Positions 37,893 through 47,940 are shown, numbered from the stretch's first letter. The stretch: 64,000 nt of DNA from Minisyncoccota bacterium (GCA_965204115.1 OZ241963.1:10632-74631); one strand, 5' to 3'. Translations and numbers: made by a program. Notes: generated by a model from the letters alone, not told the origin.

Positions 37893-38494
37893 ACTATTTT
37901 GTCTATTTTGTTATTTATATGTATTTGGTTTTCAAATACATATCTGAGAGATGACTTGAATTCCCCAAATTTATCCAAGAACTCTCCAAAACACTTGTCT
38001 TTATCCTTAAAATCATATTGGTGGTGTGCCATCCTAGTAAGAGTGCCGTATATCTCCCCGATCTTTTTATTAATGACTTCTTTGCTGTGTGCAGACCCGG
38101 TGTTTCTGATTGCGGATCCCTTTCTCTCTGTATCGCCACTCATTTTTTTGCTACTATTACTCCAAAATGGATAGAGTATTTCCCTAAGAGAACACGCCAT
38201 TTGAGCGATACTGTATATATCTTTCGTGCGCCCATCCTGCATCAATGATTTACAACTCATAAACATTTTTGTTGGAGATAGCCCCTCTATTCCGTTCGTT
38301 CTATACAGGTTTTCTAACTCCCTGCATAATTTTTTTTCTTCCTTGTCCAATGCTGGCTCCACCGGCTCCTTGTCGCCGGGTGAAACATATGTTTTATTAA
38401 AACTGATATTGATTCCAAATATTTTCACTTCATCAATTTTTAGTCCGAATATGGAAAACATGCTGTCATTGTACATGATGCTCATGTTTTGCAT
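37889..38494 (-). CDS. Hypothetical protein, possibly HEPN-like
   Basis: AQMACSLREILYPF…YGTLTRMAHH; 4-bp overlap with the downstream 965-aa gene; start uncertain. Confidence 0.6.
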   Translation of the reverse strand: MQNMSIMYNDSMFSIFGLKIDEVKIFGINISFNKTYVSPGDKEPVEPALDKEEKKLCRELENLYRTNGIEGLSPTKMFMSCKSLMQDGRTKDIYSIAQMACSLREILYPFWSNSSKKMSGDTERKGSAIRNTGSAHSKEVINKKIGEIYGTLTRMAHHQYDFKDKDKCFGEFLDKFGEFKSSLRYVFENQIHINNKIDKIV

Positions 38495-38578
38495 GCGAGT
38501 AAGGAAATCCGTAGTTTCCGCAAACCTCCGATGAGGTTGTGTGGGTGGAAGGGGGCGGGGCAGTAAGGGTTTATTGAG

Positions 38579-38653
38579 TGGACCCGACAGGGCTCGAACC
38601 TGCGACCTCCGGAGTGCAAAACCGGTGCTCTAAGCCAACTGAGCTACGGGCCC
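38579..38653 (-). tRNA. tRNA-Ala(TGC), CCA not encoded
   Basis: Minus strand gggcccgtagctcagttggcttagagcaccggt-tt-tgc-ac-tccggaggtcgcaggttcgagccctgtcgggtcca; G3-U70 alanine determinant. Confidence 0.92.
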
Positions 38654-38714
38654 TTACTAGGTAGTTATTATTATACTACACAGTAGGGCATTTGTGTAGT
38701 ATACTTACTATACT

Positions 38715-38960
38715 ATGGGAATAAAAGGATTTTTGACCAAGAAGATGTTGGAAAGTCAGCTGAAGCATATGCCAGAGGAGCAGCGGAAGTTGTTTTTGCG
38801 GATGTATGATGAGAACCCCGGTATGTTTGAAGAGATCGCGAAGGAGGTGAAGGAGAAGAAGAAGAGCGGGCAGGATGAGATGCTCGCTGCTGCCGCGGTG
38901 ATGCGCAAGTATCAACCACAGATGCAGGAGTTGCTGAAAAAAATGGGGCATACTAAATAG
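38715..38960 (+). CDS. Small conserved hypothetical protein (CPR-type)
   Basis: FLTKKMLESQLKHMPEEQ…ENPGMFEEIAKE…KYQPQMQEL. Confidence 0.7.
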   Translation: MGIKGFLTKKMLESQLKHMPEEQRKLFLRMYDENPGMFEEIAKEVKEKKKSGQDEMLAAAAVMRKYQPQMQELLKKMGHTK

Positions 38961-38963
38961 TGT

Positions 38964-39527
38964 ATGGATATTCCCGTCACTTTTCTTTCGTTACTTGAGA
39001 ACTATATCGTCGGTGTGCTGCTCGGTGCGTCTACCTTGGCGGTGATTTCGTACGGAATTAGTTTGCGATTCGGGTATCCGCAGGAGGGAGTGGGGAACGC
39101 GCTTATGCAGAGCATCTACACGATACTCCGCTTGTTTCATATTTTCTTTGTTATCCTGGTGGCACTCTATATCGCGGTGTTCGGTATTCTGGACGGCATT
39201 CCTGAGGTGTGGTATGAGTACGGGGTGAAGGCGTTTGCGCTGATTGTGAACGCGGTTGTGGCGTTCGGTATGGCGCGGTCGCATAGATTGTTTCCCGTTG
39301 ACTACTTTGCGCCGGTGATTGGTGCGGGGTGGTATTTTTTGGCGTCGTACCATTCCTACTACAGTGCGGTGGGGGTGCAGGCGACCGATGTTGTCGGCGC
39401 GGCGGTGCTGTACTTTGTGCTGCTCGGGATTTTCCAGCTGCTATTTTTGGCTATGCGGCGTTTTGTGCGCCCTGTCGGTACGGGTGGAGGCACGGATGGG
39501 AACGCGGATGGGGCATCTTATGAATAA
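38964..39527 (+). CDS. Multi-pass membrane protein
   Basis: About five hydrophobic segments; operonic spacing. Confidence 0.7.
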   Translation: MDIPVTFLSLLENYIVGVLLGASTLAVISYGISLRFGYPQEGVGNALMQSIYTILRLFHIFFVILVALYIAVFGILDGIPEVWYEYGVKAFALIVNAVVAFGMARSHRLFPVDYFAPVIGAGWYFLASYHSYYSAVGVQATDVVGAAVLYFVLLGIFQLLFLAMRRFVRPVGTGGGTDGNADGASYE

Positions 39528-39537
39528 ATAATGACTT

Positions 39538-40125
39538 ATGAATATGCAAAAAAGAAAAATTTTCCTTCTGAACGCGAATCCGGTTCCGACATCGTTTTCG
39601 TATGCGTGCAGTAATGCCTACCACAGCGCGGCAGAGCAGGCGGGTGCTGAGGTGATACGGTTTAACATTGAGGAAATGGATTTTGATTCAACGCTGCACA
39701 AGGGGTATGAAGAGATTCAGGAGTTGGAGCCGGATCTTCTGGCGTTTCAAAAGGCGATTCGCTCGGCGGATCATTTGGTGTTTGTGTATCCGAACTGGTG
39801 GAACACCATGCCGGCGAAAATGAAGGGGCTCTTTGATCGTGCGTTCCTCCCGAAATTTGCTTTCGCTTTTGAGGACAATAAATTTAAACCGCTCCTTGTT
39901 GGGAAAACCGGTCGAATTATTAACATCGTCGGCTCAGCGCATCCGTTTTTCCTCTGGTGCTCTATTGGCTCGTATACCAACGAGTTGTCGAAGGGTATTC
40001 TTGGCGCTTGTGGAGTGAAGCCGGTCGCCTGTACCAGTTTTGGTGCGACTCGTAATTCCTCCGATGAAAAACGGCAGAAGTGGCTTGACCAGGTTCGCGC
40101 TATGGCGGCAAAAGATGCGCGGTAG
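39538..40125 (+). CDS. NAD(P)H-dependent oxidoreductase (flavodoxin-2/MdaB-like)
   Basis: ADHLVFVYPNWWNTMPAKMKGLFDRAFLP.FAF. Confidence 0.9.
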   Translation: MNMQKRKIFLLNANPVPTSFSYACSNAYHSAAEQAGAEVIRFNIEEMDFDSTLHKGYEEIQELEPDLLAFQKAIRSADHLVFVYPNWWNTMPAKMKGLFDRAFLPKFAFAFEDNKFKPLLVGKTGRIINIVGSAHPFFLWCSIGSYTNELSKGILGACGVKPVACTSFGATRNSSDEKRQKWLDQVRAMAAKDAR

Positions 40126-40173
40126 CTGGTGGAGATGTGGCTCATAGCCCGCTGATATGTTATACTAACCGTA

Positions 40174-40605
40174 ATGAAAGTAGTACTCTTGGAGGATATA
40201 AAAGGGCTTGGGGTGCGTGGGGATGTGTGTACCGTTGGAGACGGGTATGCGCTGAATTTTTTGATACCGCAAAAGAAGGCGCTTGAAACGAAGGATGAAC
40301 GGGGGGCGCAGGTGGTGCGGCAGAAGGCGATGCAGGACAAGCGACGAGAGGAGCAGGCTGAGAAAGAGCAGAGTGTTGTGAAAATATTGCCGGATACGGT
40401 CACTCTGCGTGTGCCGGTGAATGAGCAGGGGACTTTGTTCAGTGCGGTGACTGCGGATACTATTGTGCAGCACCTCGGCGAGCAGGATATTCCGACTGCG
40501 CCGCAGCAATTTTCAATGGAGCCGATTAAAGAGGTCGGTGAATATACGATAGACTACAAGCAAGGTGAGAAATCCATCACCGTTATTGTAGAAAAAGAAG
40601 AGTAA
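40174..40605 (+). CDS. rplI: 50S ribosomal protein L9
   Basis: MKVVLLEDIKGLG.RGD…GYALNFLIP…PIKEVGEY. Confidence 0.95.
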   Translation: MKVVLLEDIKGLGVRGDVCTVGDGYALNFLIPQKKALETKDERGAQVVRQKAMQDKRREEQAEKEQSVVKILPDTVTLRVPVNEQGTLFSAVTADTIVQHLGEQDIPTAPQQFSMEPIKEVGEYTIDYKQGEKSITVIVEKEE

Positions 40606-40616
40606 GGCAAGTACTT

Positions 40617-41639
40617 ATGACTGATATTCTTGAGAGCACATTAACAACAATTTTCCAGCCGTACAAGGGTGTTCTTGCGGCGGATGAGCGGCCGTCGTCT
40701 ATGGATAAGCGGCTGCAGGAGTACGGTATAGCGGATGGTGAGGCGATGCGTGCTCGGTATCGGGAGATACTGTTTTCAACGCCGAATTTTGAGCGGACGA
40801 TCAGTGGGGTCATTATGGCAGCGGAATCATTCACTGAGCATACGATGAATGGCGTGCCGACCCGTGATTTTTTGCGGGAGTTGGGTATTGCGGTCGGGGT
40901 GAAAGTTGACGGTGGGCTGGAGCCGTATGAGGGCAGTGGTACTTTGCAGCGGACGGTCGGGCTGGACGGGCTGGATGACCGCTGCAGGGAGTATCAGGAG
41001 CAGGGGGCGCGATTTACGAAGTGGCGGTCGGCGATTCCGGTGGTCGGTGCGACTGATGATTTCATAGCGGCAGTAGCGGCGGATATGGCGGCTTATGCGG
41101 CGTGCGCGCTCAAGCACAACTTGGTGCCTATTGTCGAGCCGGAGCTATTGCTGAGCGGGGATCATACGGTTGAAGATACCGAGAACGCCTGTCTGAAGAC
41201 CCTGCCGGTAGTGCTTGATGCGTTGCGGGAGAAGGGGTGCAATACGAAGCGTATTATTTTGAAAACTTCATTTATAACAGACGGGTTGGTTGATGGTGTG
41301 TTGTCCGCGGATGAGACGGCGGAGCGGACACTGGCGATATTCAAGAAGATCGGGCTTGGCGGCAGCAAAGGATTTTATGGCATCGTCTTTCTTTCGGGTG
41401 GGCTGGAATCGAAGACGGCGATTGCCTACATCCAGCGCATCAAAGCGCTTGCTGAGCAGGAGTCGTTCGGTGTGCCGCTCTCGTTCTCGTATGCCCGCGC
41501 GCTGCAGGAGCCGGTGCTGCAGGAGTGGAAAGGGGAGGAGGCGAATGTTCTGAGCGCGCAGCTGGCGTTCACCCAGACCTTACAGCATGCTATTAAGAAG
41601 TACAAGGGGATTGAAGAGGCACCGCAGTGCGGCGCGTAG
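40617..41639 (+). CDS. Fructose-bisphosphate aldolase class I
   Basis: GVLAADE, GVKVD, FTKWR, PIVEPE, ILK, FLSGG, FSYARALQ. Confidence 0.92.
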   Translation: MTDILESTLTTIFQPYKGVLAADERPSSMDKRLQEYGIADGEAMRARYREILFSTPNFERTISGVIMAAESFTEHTMNGVPTRDFLRELGIAVGVKVDGGLEPYEGSGTLQRTVGLDGLDDRCREYQEQGARFTKWRSAIPVVGATDDFIAAVAADMAAYAACALKHNLVPIVEPELLLSGDHTVEDTENACLKTLPVVLDALREKGCNTKRIILKTSFITDGLVDGVLSADETAERTLAIFKKIGLGGSKGFYGIVFLSGGLESKTAIAYIQRIKALAEQESFGVPLSFSYARALQEPVLQEWKGEEANVLSAQLAFTQTLQHAIKKYKGIEEAPQCGA

Positions 41640-41694
41640 CTGCTCGGTATATTGGTTATGGGGAAAAAGGAGTATTATATAGCATATATAGGGT

Positions 41695-42474
41695 ATGGCT
41701 GAAAAGGAGATAATTATTGCGGGAAGCAAGGTGCGCTATGGCGAGGTGTGTGATGACGGTGCCGGTGTGGTGTATATATTTTTGCACGGCTGGGGGAGTG
41801 ATCACACTATTTTTACCTCGTTGTTCGGGCTGGTTGACTGTGCGGTGGCGTTGGACTTCCCGGGGTTTGGCGGTAGCTCGCCGCTGCGGGAGGCGTGGGG
41901 TCTGGGGCGGTATGCGGGGGTGCTGCGGGAGTTTGTGGAGAAGGTGTCGGACGGCAGGGAGGTGGTGTTTGTGGCACATTCATTCGGTGGGCGGGTGTTG
42001 CTGCAGATGCTCAGTCAGCAGGGCAAGATGCCGGGTGTGCGGCGTGTTATCTGTATGGGTTTGCCGTTTACGCGGGAGCAGCGGGCGGTGTATCCCTATC
42101 TTTTTTCAGCTCTTAAGGTTGCGAAAGCTGTGGCGCGTCTGTTGCCGAAAACGGTCAACCGAAAAGTGCGGCAGTGGTGGTGTGAGCGCGTTGGTGCGGA
42201 TGACTACGCGGCGCTTGAAAGTGAACCGATGAAAAAAACTTTTCAGCGGATTATCAATGCTGATATGCAGCGGCTTGCGGAGTCGCTTCGTGACTATGAC
42301 ACCGTCTTTATCTGGGGTGTGGATGATGACGCTGCGCCGATTGCTGATGCTGAGGCGGTCGCGGAGCGGGTTGGTGCTCAGCTGCACGCTGTTGCGGGCG
42401 GCGATCACTTTCCGTTTCTCGGTGATACCGCAGAATCGTTTCAGACCATTTTCACTAAAAGTATACGCCTATGA
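41695..42474 (+). CDS. Alpha/beta hydrolase
   Basis: FLHGWG, DFPGFG, AHSFGG, IWG..D, HFPF. Confidence 0.9.
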   Translation: MAEKEIIIAGSKVRYGEVCDDGAGVVYIFLHGWGSDHTIFTSLFGLVDCAVALDFPGFGGSSPLREAWGLGRYAGVLREFVEKVSDGREVVFVAHSFGGRVLLQMLSQQGKMPGVRRVICMGLPFTREQRAVYPYLFSALKVAKAVARLLPKTVNRKVRQWWCERVGADDYAALESEPMKKTFQRIINADMQRLAESLRDYDTVFIWGVDDDAAPIADAEAVAERVGAQLHAVAGGDHFPFLGDTAESFQTIFTKSIRL

Positions 42475-43859
42475 TTATACAAAACCTTCTTTACATATAC
42501 CAGCTGGAACACTACGACAGGAAGCGATTTCTGATCTTTGCCTATACCCACCCTAATTGGTTTGCGCTGCGAAAGCGGGCGGCGCTTGATTGGACGCACC
42601 GGATTGGTTTGATTTTTTCTGTGTGTATGGTGCTGGTGCTGCTGCCTGCGGTGATTGTGCATTTCTTGTGGGGTTTTTGGTGGATGGTTGTGCTGCTGCT
42701 CTGCTGTGTGCCGTTGCTGCCGTTGCTGCTTGTCGCTGCCGACACTATGATGTCGCCGCTCGTGACCCTGAAAAAGAATAATCTTGTGTTGCTGGCGAAG
42801 GGGGTTATTCGTTCAGGGAAGCAGAAGAAGCTGGTGACCGTCGGCATTACCGGCAGTTTCGGCAAGACGAGTGTGAAGCATATTCTGCTGAGCGTTTTGC
42901 GGGAAAAGTACACCGTTTTTTCTTTTCCGGGGAATATCAATACTGATATCGGGGTGGCACAGTACATTCTGAAGCACCGGGAGGAGGTTATCGCGGCGGA
43001 TGTGCTGGTTGCTGAGATGGGGGCGTATAGGCGGGGGGATATCAGGCGGCTGTGTGCGATTATTGAGCCGGACTACTCGCTGACGACGGCGATTGGGGAG
43101 TGTCATTTGGAGCGTTTCGGCTCACTGATGAATATCGTTGCCGCGAAGTTTGAGCTGGCGAATGCGACGCGGAAAAAGGCGTTTTTGAATATGGATGATG
43201 AGAATATTAAGAAGCACGCGCCGATCAGGGTGAAGCGGTCTGTCACGGTGGAGCAGGTGTTCGGCAGTGTGTGTATGAAGGCAGTGCAGTCGTTGCCTGA
43301 CTTTGCCGGTACCTCGTTTGTCTATGAGGGTACCTCCTTCACTACCAAGCTTGTGGCAGCGTATGTGACCGATCTTGCGGCGCTGGCATTCGCGCTTGCC
43401 CGTGAGCTGGGGATGTCTGTGGCGGCGATTAAGCAGGGATTTGAGCAGGTTGGGTATATGCCGCATCGGCTGCAAATTATGCGTAATGAGGCGGAAGATA
43501 GGGTAGTGATTGATGATAGTTATAACGGGAACTATGACGGCTTTTTGGCGGGTTTAGCGGTGCTTGCGCGGGCAAAGGGGCGTAAGGTGGTGCTGACGCC
43601 GGGGATTGTTGAACTCGGCGCGAAACGGTCAGAGCAGGTGCATACCGCACTGGCAAAAAACTATGCCACAAATGTTGATTTGTTGCTACTTGTCAAGAAT
43701 AAAAATACGGAGTATATAGTAAGGGTGCTGCGGAGGATGGGGTACAATACTTTTAAGGTGTATGATACTGCTCGGGAGGCGCACGATGATCTGCCGCATG
43801 TGCTGGAGAACGGCGACACTATTTTATTTCAAAACGATGTTACTGATAATTACCTATAA
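42471..43859 (+). CDS. murF: MurF-like Mur ligase with N-terminal membrane segments
   Basis: GITGSFGKTS, EMGA, HLERFGS, IDDSYN, TPGIVELG. Confidence 0.85.
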   Translation: MIIQNLLYIYQLEHYDRKRFLIFAYTHPNWFALRKRAALDWTHRIGLIFSVCMVLVLLPAVIVHFLWGFWWMVVLLLCCVPLLPLLLVAADTMMSPLVTLKKNNLVLLAKGVIRSGKQKKLVTVGITGSFGKTSVKHILLSVLREKYTVFSFPGNINTDIGVAQYILKHREEVIAADVLVAEMGAYRRGDIRRLCAIIEPDYSLTTAIGECHLERFGSLMNIVAAKFELANATRKKAFLNMDDENIKKHAPIRVKRSVTVEQVFGSVCMKAVQSLPDFAGTSFVYEGTSFTTKLVAAYVTDLAALAFALARELGMSVAAIKQGFEQVGYMPHRLQIMRNEAEDRVVIDDSYNGNYDGFLAGLAVLARAKGRKVVLTPGIVELGAKRSEQVHTALAKNYATNVDLLLLVKNKNTEYIVRVLRRMGYNTFKVYDTAREAHDDLPHVLENGDTILFQNDVTDNYL

Positions 43860-43865
43860 TTTTTT

Positions 43866-45068
43866 ATGAACACTTTAGAAGATATACAGGACAAAACCAT
43901 CGGTGTTTTTTTCGGAGGACAAAGTCCTGAGCATGAGATCTCTATTATTACCGGTGAGTTTATTATCGCCGAGATGAAGAAAATGGGGCTTTCGGTGGCG
44001 GCGGTGTACATTGGTCGGGATGGCGCGTGGTATACCGATGAGCGTATAGCAAAACTGGCATTTTTTAAAGAAGAGTACGAAAAGGCGCTGCAGGAGCTGC
44101 CGGAATACTACCTCAATCTCGGCCGCTCGGAGTATCGGCTGGCGCTGCAGCAGCGCGGCGTTTTCGGTGTTGGCAAGGTGAACATTGATTACATTTTCCC
44201 GGCGTTTCACGGGCTGGGTGGCGAGGACGGGACGGTGCAGGGGCTGGCAGAGTTTTTTCAGGTGCCGTATGCCGGCTGCGGTATCTATGCGTCCGCGATC
44301 GCGGTTGATAAGGTGCTGACCAAGCAGGTGTTGCAGTCGCTGGATATTCCGACCACGGAGTTTCTGGTGGTGCAGAAGCAGGCGTATGAAGAGCAGGCAG
44401 ATGCGATTGAGAAACAGATACAGGACACTCTTGGACTGCCGGTGTTTATCAAGCCCGCCCGCTCCGGGTCGTCTATCGGTATTACTAAGGTTAAAGAGGC
44501 GAGTGCTCTGCGGGACGCGCTGAATCTTGCTCTTTACTATGATCCGAAAGTTATTGTTGAGCGGTCTGTTGAAAATATTGCTGATGTGACCTGTGCGGTG
44601 CTCAGCGATGGGGAAACGGTGCAGGTTTCAGAGGTGCAGGAGTCGCTGTTTCAGTCGGACTTGTTTGACTACAGCGTGAAGTATCTTGAAGACGGCGGCG
44701 CGCAAACCGGCAAGGCAGAGTCCAATCTGGTAATTCCGGCGGGCATCTCACCGGAGCATACCGAGCAGGTCAAAGACATCAGTAAGAAGCTTTTTAAGGC
44801 GCTGGAAGCCAATGGCACTATGCGCGTTGACTTCCTGCTTAATAAAGAGACCGGTGATCTCTTTGCGAACGAGGTAAATACCCTCCCCGGCACCCTCTAT
44901 CATCACCTTTGGAAAAAGTCCGGCACCGAGATTAGTGTTGTCCTTGAAATGATGCTCAAAAACGGCATGCACCGCTGGAAAGAAAGCTGTGAAATTCACA
45001 ATGACTACGCCACTGATGTGCTCACCGGCGCTCAGCAGACGAAATTGCAGCAGCAGGAGCAAGTATAG
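43866..45068 (+). CDS. ddl: D-alanine-D-alanine ligase
   Basis: FGGQSPEHEIS, HGLGGEDGTVQG, KPARSGSSIG, NEVNTLPG. Confidence 0.92.
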   Translation: MNTLEDIQDKTIGVFFGGQSPEHEISIITGEFIIAEMKKMGLSVAAVYIGRDGAWYTDERIAKLAFFKEEYEKALQELPEYYLNLGRSEYRLALQQRGVFGVGKVNIDYIFPAFHGLGGEDGTVQGLAEFFQVPYAGCGIYASAIAVDKVLTKQVLQSLDIPTTEFLVVQKQAYEEQADAIEKQIQDTLGLPVFIKPARSGSSIGITKVKEASALRDALNLALYYDPKVIVERSVENIADVTCAVLSDGETVQVSEVQESLFQSDLFDYSVKYLEDGGAQTGKAESNLVIPAGISPEHTEQVKDISKKLFKALEANGTMRVDFLLNKETGDLFANEVNTLPGTLYHHLWKKSGTEISVVLEMMLKNGMHRWKESCEIHNDYATDVLTGAQQTKLQQQEQV

Positions 45069-45073
45069 TATGC

Positions 45074-45112
45074 AAAAAGACCTATCCACAGATGTAGACA
45101 GGTCTTTGTTTT
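45074..45112. terminator. Likely bidirectional terminator between convergent genes
   Basis: aaagacctatccaca-ga-tgtagacaggtcttt, imperfect stem with A/T tails. Confidence 0.6.
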
Positions 45113-45727
45113 TTAGTATTCAAGCAGAGTACGCACTCTGTTGAATACCGGTAGTTGCGGACAGACGCACGCACCGATAAGTCCGGCGATCGCTGCGAGT
45201 GTCAGCAAGGTGAGAAAACCAATGAACAGTACTTTTACCGCTTGTTCCCCGGAGGGGAGTTGTGGGAGTGAGGGGAGTGTGACCGGGACTTTTTCCTCAT
45301 AGAGTGAGGTGTATATGTCCCCTGGACGCATCATGCTGTGACGATTTTTGTCGCTATTTGCGTGTTCGGCATGTTGCCGTCCCATCTCGTAGCACTGCTC
45401 AAGGTGTTGAGCAATGTACTGCTGGTCGGCACCCGCCTTGCGCAGGATGGAGCGATATCGGCCACTCCTTTTCATCGTGCGTACATTTTCCTCTACGATC
45501 TCCTTCATGTGAGCAATCTCCATTTTATGGGACAGCCCCTTTAGTTGGCTGTAGTAGCCGGCGTTGAGCGTTTCTCCCGATATTTTTATGAAGAAGGATT
45601 GCTCTCGGTCTGAAAGTCGTTCGTAAATCTCGTTCACCTGTGTTTGGCTGTGGTTGTACGATGTCATCGCTGTTGCCGAAAACACAATGAAAGCCACGCA
45701 GATTAACGATCTAAAAAATTTTTTCAA
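45113..45727 (-). CDS. Hypothetical secreted protein with a C-terminal membrane anchor
   Basis: AAGGAGG then TTG start; signal peptide; ends …GACVCPQLPVFNRVRTLLEY. Confidence 0.65.
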   Translation of the reverse strand: MKKFFRSLICVAFIVFSATAMTSYNHSQTQVNEIYERLSDREQSFFIKISGETLNAGYYSQLKGLSHKMEIAHMKEIVEENVRTMKRSGRYRSILRKAGADQQYIAQHLEQCYEMGRQHAEHANSDKNRHSMMRPGDIYTSLYEEKVPVTLPSLPQLPSGEQAVKVLFIGFLTLLTLAAIAGLIGACVCPQLPVFNRVRTLLEY

Positions 45728-45740
45728 TTTTCTTCCTCCT

Positions 45741-46517
45741 TTAATACTCAAGCATTTTGCGTACTTGCTTGAATACGGGGAGTTTTGGGCAACAGCAAGC
45801 GCCGACGAGTGCGACGACCGCTGTTACTACCAGTAGGATGAGTGCGCCAACAAGAGAAAACTTGCCGACTGCGTTCCAGCTAATGGTAGTGGCCATTTTT
45901 TCTTTGCTGCCGATGCCTTCAGGCATCTTTTCGGCAGTGACTGGTTTCGGTTTGATAGACGCTTTCGGAAACACTTCTTTCGGATCCAGAGGTACCCAGT
46001 ACTCATTGCTGATATGGGCGTATACTCTTCCGAAGAATAACCCGTTCCAATACTCACCGTCACTAAAAAAGTGATGGCGTTTTGGTTGGGAAGATGCGGT
46101 GATGGTGCCACCGTGTATTGTTCCCGCTTCGTGTCGTCGAATGATGTAGCGAAGTAAATGTGTTTTTGTTGCATTCTTCGCCTCATGCAGGATGGCTTGA
46201 TAGAGGCCACCTTCTTTTAGTGCTTGGAGCCGACTCTTTGTTTTTGAGAGTTTTTCTCCGAACGCTGCATCTTTGGAGACCGCTTCCGTATAGTATCCGA
46301 GGAGATAGTTCTCCTGCAGGACGCTATTCAAAAGATCTTGCTCCTTCGTTTTCAAAGATCGGAAGAACTCTAAGATGTCGGTATTTTCCTGTAGGATTTC
46401 TCCCACAACTATCTTTTTCATCCTGTATTCACCCATGTTTTGTGAGTTTGCAGGAAGAGTGCTGATAGTGAGAAATAGGAACAACACCGCAAAAATGGCA
46501 GCAGATTTTAATTTCAC
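45741..46517 (-). CDS. Hypothetical secreted protein with a C-terminal membrane anchor, paralogue of its neighbour
   Basis: AAGGAGGT then GTG start; ends …GACCCPKLPVFKQVRKMLEY. Confidence 0.7.
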   Translation of the reverse strand: MKLKSAAIFAVLFLFLTISTLPANSQNMGEYRMKKIVVGEILQENTDILEFFRSLKTKEQDLLNSVLQENYLLGYYTEAVSKDAAFGEKLSKTKSRLQALKEGGLYQAILHEAKNATKTHLLRYIIRRHEAGTIHGGTITASSQPKRHHFFSDGEYWNGLFFGRVYAHISNEYWVPLDPKEVFPKASIKPKPVTAEKMPEGIGSKEKMATTISWNAVGKFSLVGALILLVVTAVVALVGACCCPKLPVFKQVRKMLEY

Positions 46518-46671
46518 CTACTGTACCTCCTTACTTTACATTTCCATTATTATACCAGAAATAGAGCTTTTTGTCTGCATTGACAGTTATGAAATATATG
46601 GCATAAAATAGGTGTATAAAGGACTAAAAATCAAGCAGTATCCGGTTATATAATATATCGTAAGATTGTCA

Positions 46672-47151
46672 TTAAGCTTCAGTAGCAGCAATATCAGCGA
46701 CGATGGGGCAGACCACCGCTTTGTAATCCTCGGATTGCATCGCAATGCTGGCGGTTCGTTCGCCGCAATTAAACACTATGTGCTTGTTGTCAAAGAGCGT
46801 TGTGTCGGCGTATACCGAGAGGTTGAATAGATTGCCGAACGGTGGGACTGCGCCGGGCAGCACGCCGTCCGTAAGAGTGGCCAATTCTTCCGGTGTGGCG
46901 AAGCGAATGTCTTTTGTGTGGATCACTTTTCGCAGCTTACTGTTTTTAAATTTTTTGTCGCCCGGTACTACCACCTGTATAAAGCCGATATCAGTCATCA
47001 GTATCAGTGCCTTTGCGCCCTCTGAGAGGGAGTAGTCCTTGCGTATTGCCGCCATCTCTTCGCTGGTGGTACCCGCTTCGTGCTCCATAAAGGTGTACGG
47101 AGTTTGATGCTCATCAAGGAGTGAGCGGATAGATGAGACGATGGGATGCAT
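46672..47151 (-). CDS. YbaK/ProX aminoacyl-tRNA editing domain protein
   Basis: GAKALI…RFATPEEL…PGAVPPFG…FNCG. Confidence 0.88.
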   Translation of the reverse strand: MHPIVSSIRSLLDEHQTPYTFMEHEAGTTSEEMAAIRKDYSLSEGAKALILMTDIGFIQVVVPGDKKFKNSKLRKVIHTKDIRFATPEELATLTDGVLPGAVPPFGNLFNLSVYADTTLFDNKHIVFNCGERTASIAMQSEDYKAVVCPIVADIAATEA

Positions 47152-47163
47152 ACAACAGACATT

Positions 47164-47442
47164 CTACACCGATTCAATCGTGGCGACCGTGCGACTCTTT
47201 GCCTTGCCGGTGAAGTTTGTTTTTCTTCGTGTGATAAACCGAACGATACCGTCCTGGAGCGCGAATAGTGTGTGATCTTTGCCAATGCCGATGCCTTTGC
47301 CGGCAAGGATACGCAGCCCTCGCTGACGAACCAACACCTCGCCGATGCGCACCTGCTGACCGTTACCCCGCTTGATGCCGAGAAACTTTGGTTTTGAGTC
47401 GCGTAAACTTTTTGCGGATCCTCCCGCTTTCCTATGTGCCAT
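47164..47442 (-). CDS. rpmA: 50S ribosomal protein L27
   Basis: MAHRKAGGS…[11 protein letters not shown]…VRQRG…GKDHTLFA. Confidence 0.96.
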   Translation of the reverse strand: MAHRKAGGSAKSLRDSKPKFLGIKRGNGQQVRIGEVLVRQRGLRILAGKGIGIGKDHTLFALQDGIVRFITRRKTNFTGKAKSRTVATIESV

Positions 47443-47463
47443 AATGCTATTAGTATACAGCAT

Positions 47464-47778
47464 ATGAAAGATTTTTACAACAAGTGGTATGTGGTGATAA
47501 GTATGGTGTTGGTTGGGGCGGGGGGATTTCTGTTGGGCGGGTTGTTCGTGCATTCATTCTCCACTCCTTCGCAAAAAGTTGCTACGGTGCAGTTGCAACC
47601 GCTGCCGATTGAGCAGTCGATTGACGCTCAACGGGTGTATGCCTCAAAGCGGGGCAAGCGTTACTATCCGTGGTGGTGTGATGCCGGCAATGCTATAGCC
47701 GAAGAGAATATTGTATGGTACGACACACCGGAGCTCGCGCAAGCGGCGGGGTACAGCATCGCGAAAGGGTGTCAGTGA
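47464..47778 (+). CDS. Membrane-anchored protein with an Ada-like metal-binding motif
   Basis: TM segment, then [14 protein letters not shown]…A..AGY…C. Confidence 0.7.
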   Translation: MKDFYNKWYVVISMVLVGAGGFLLGGLFVHSFSTPSQKVATVQLQPLPIEQSIDAQRVYASKRGKRYYPWWCDAGNAIAEENIVWYDTPELAQAAGYSIAKGCQ

Positions 47779-47900
47779 GCAAGTGACTGTTGCGAGAGAG
47801 GAGTACTTTGCGGATTGTCAAGGGGGTGAGGGGTGGTTTTTACACAGCCAGGGTGGCGTAATGGGCTTGCAGAATAAGAGGATTTTTAATTTTTGGGCAA

Positions 47901-47940
47901 AATTGTGGAAAAAAGTGGGGATATGTGGAAATAAATGGTC
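47901..47940 (+). promoter_or_regulatory. MraZ-binding repeats (GTGG at 10-bp period)
   Basis: aattGTGGaa aaaaGTGGgg atatGTGGaa ataaaTGGtc directly upstream of mraZ. Confidence 0.75.
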
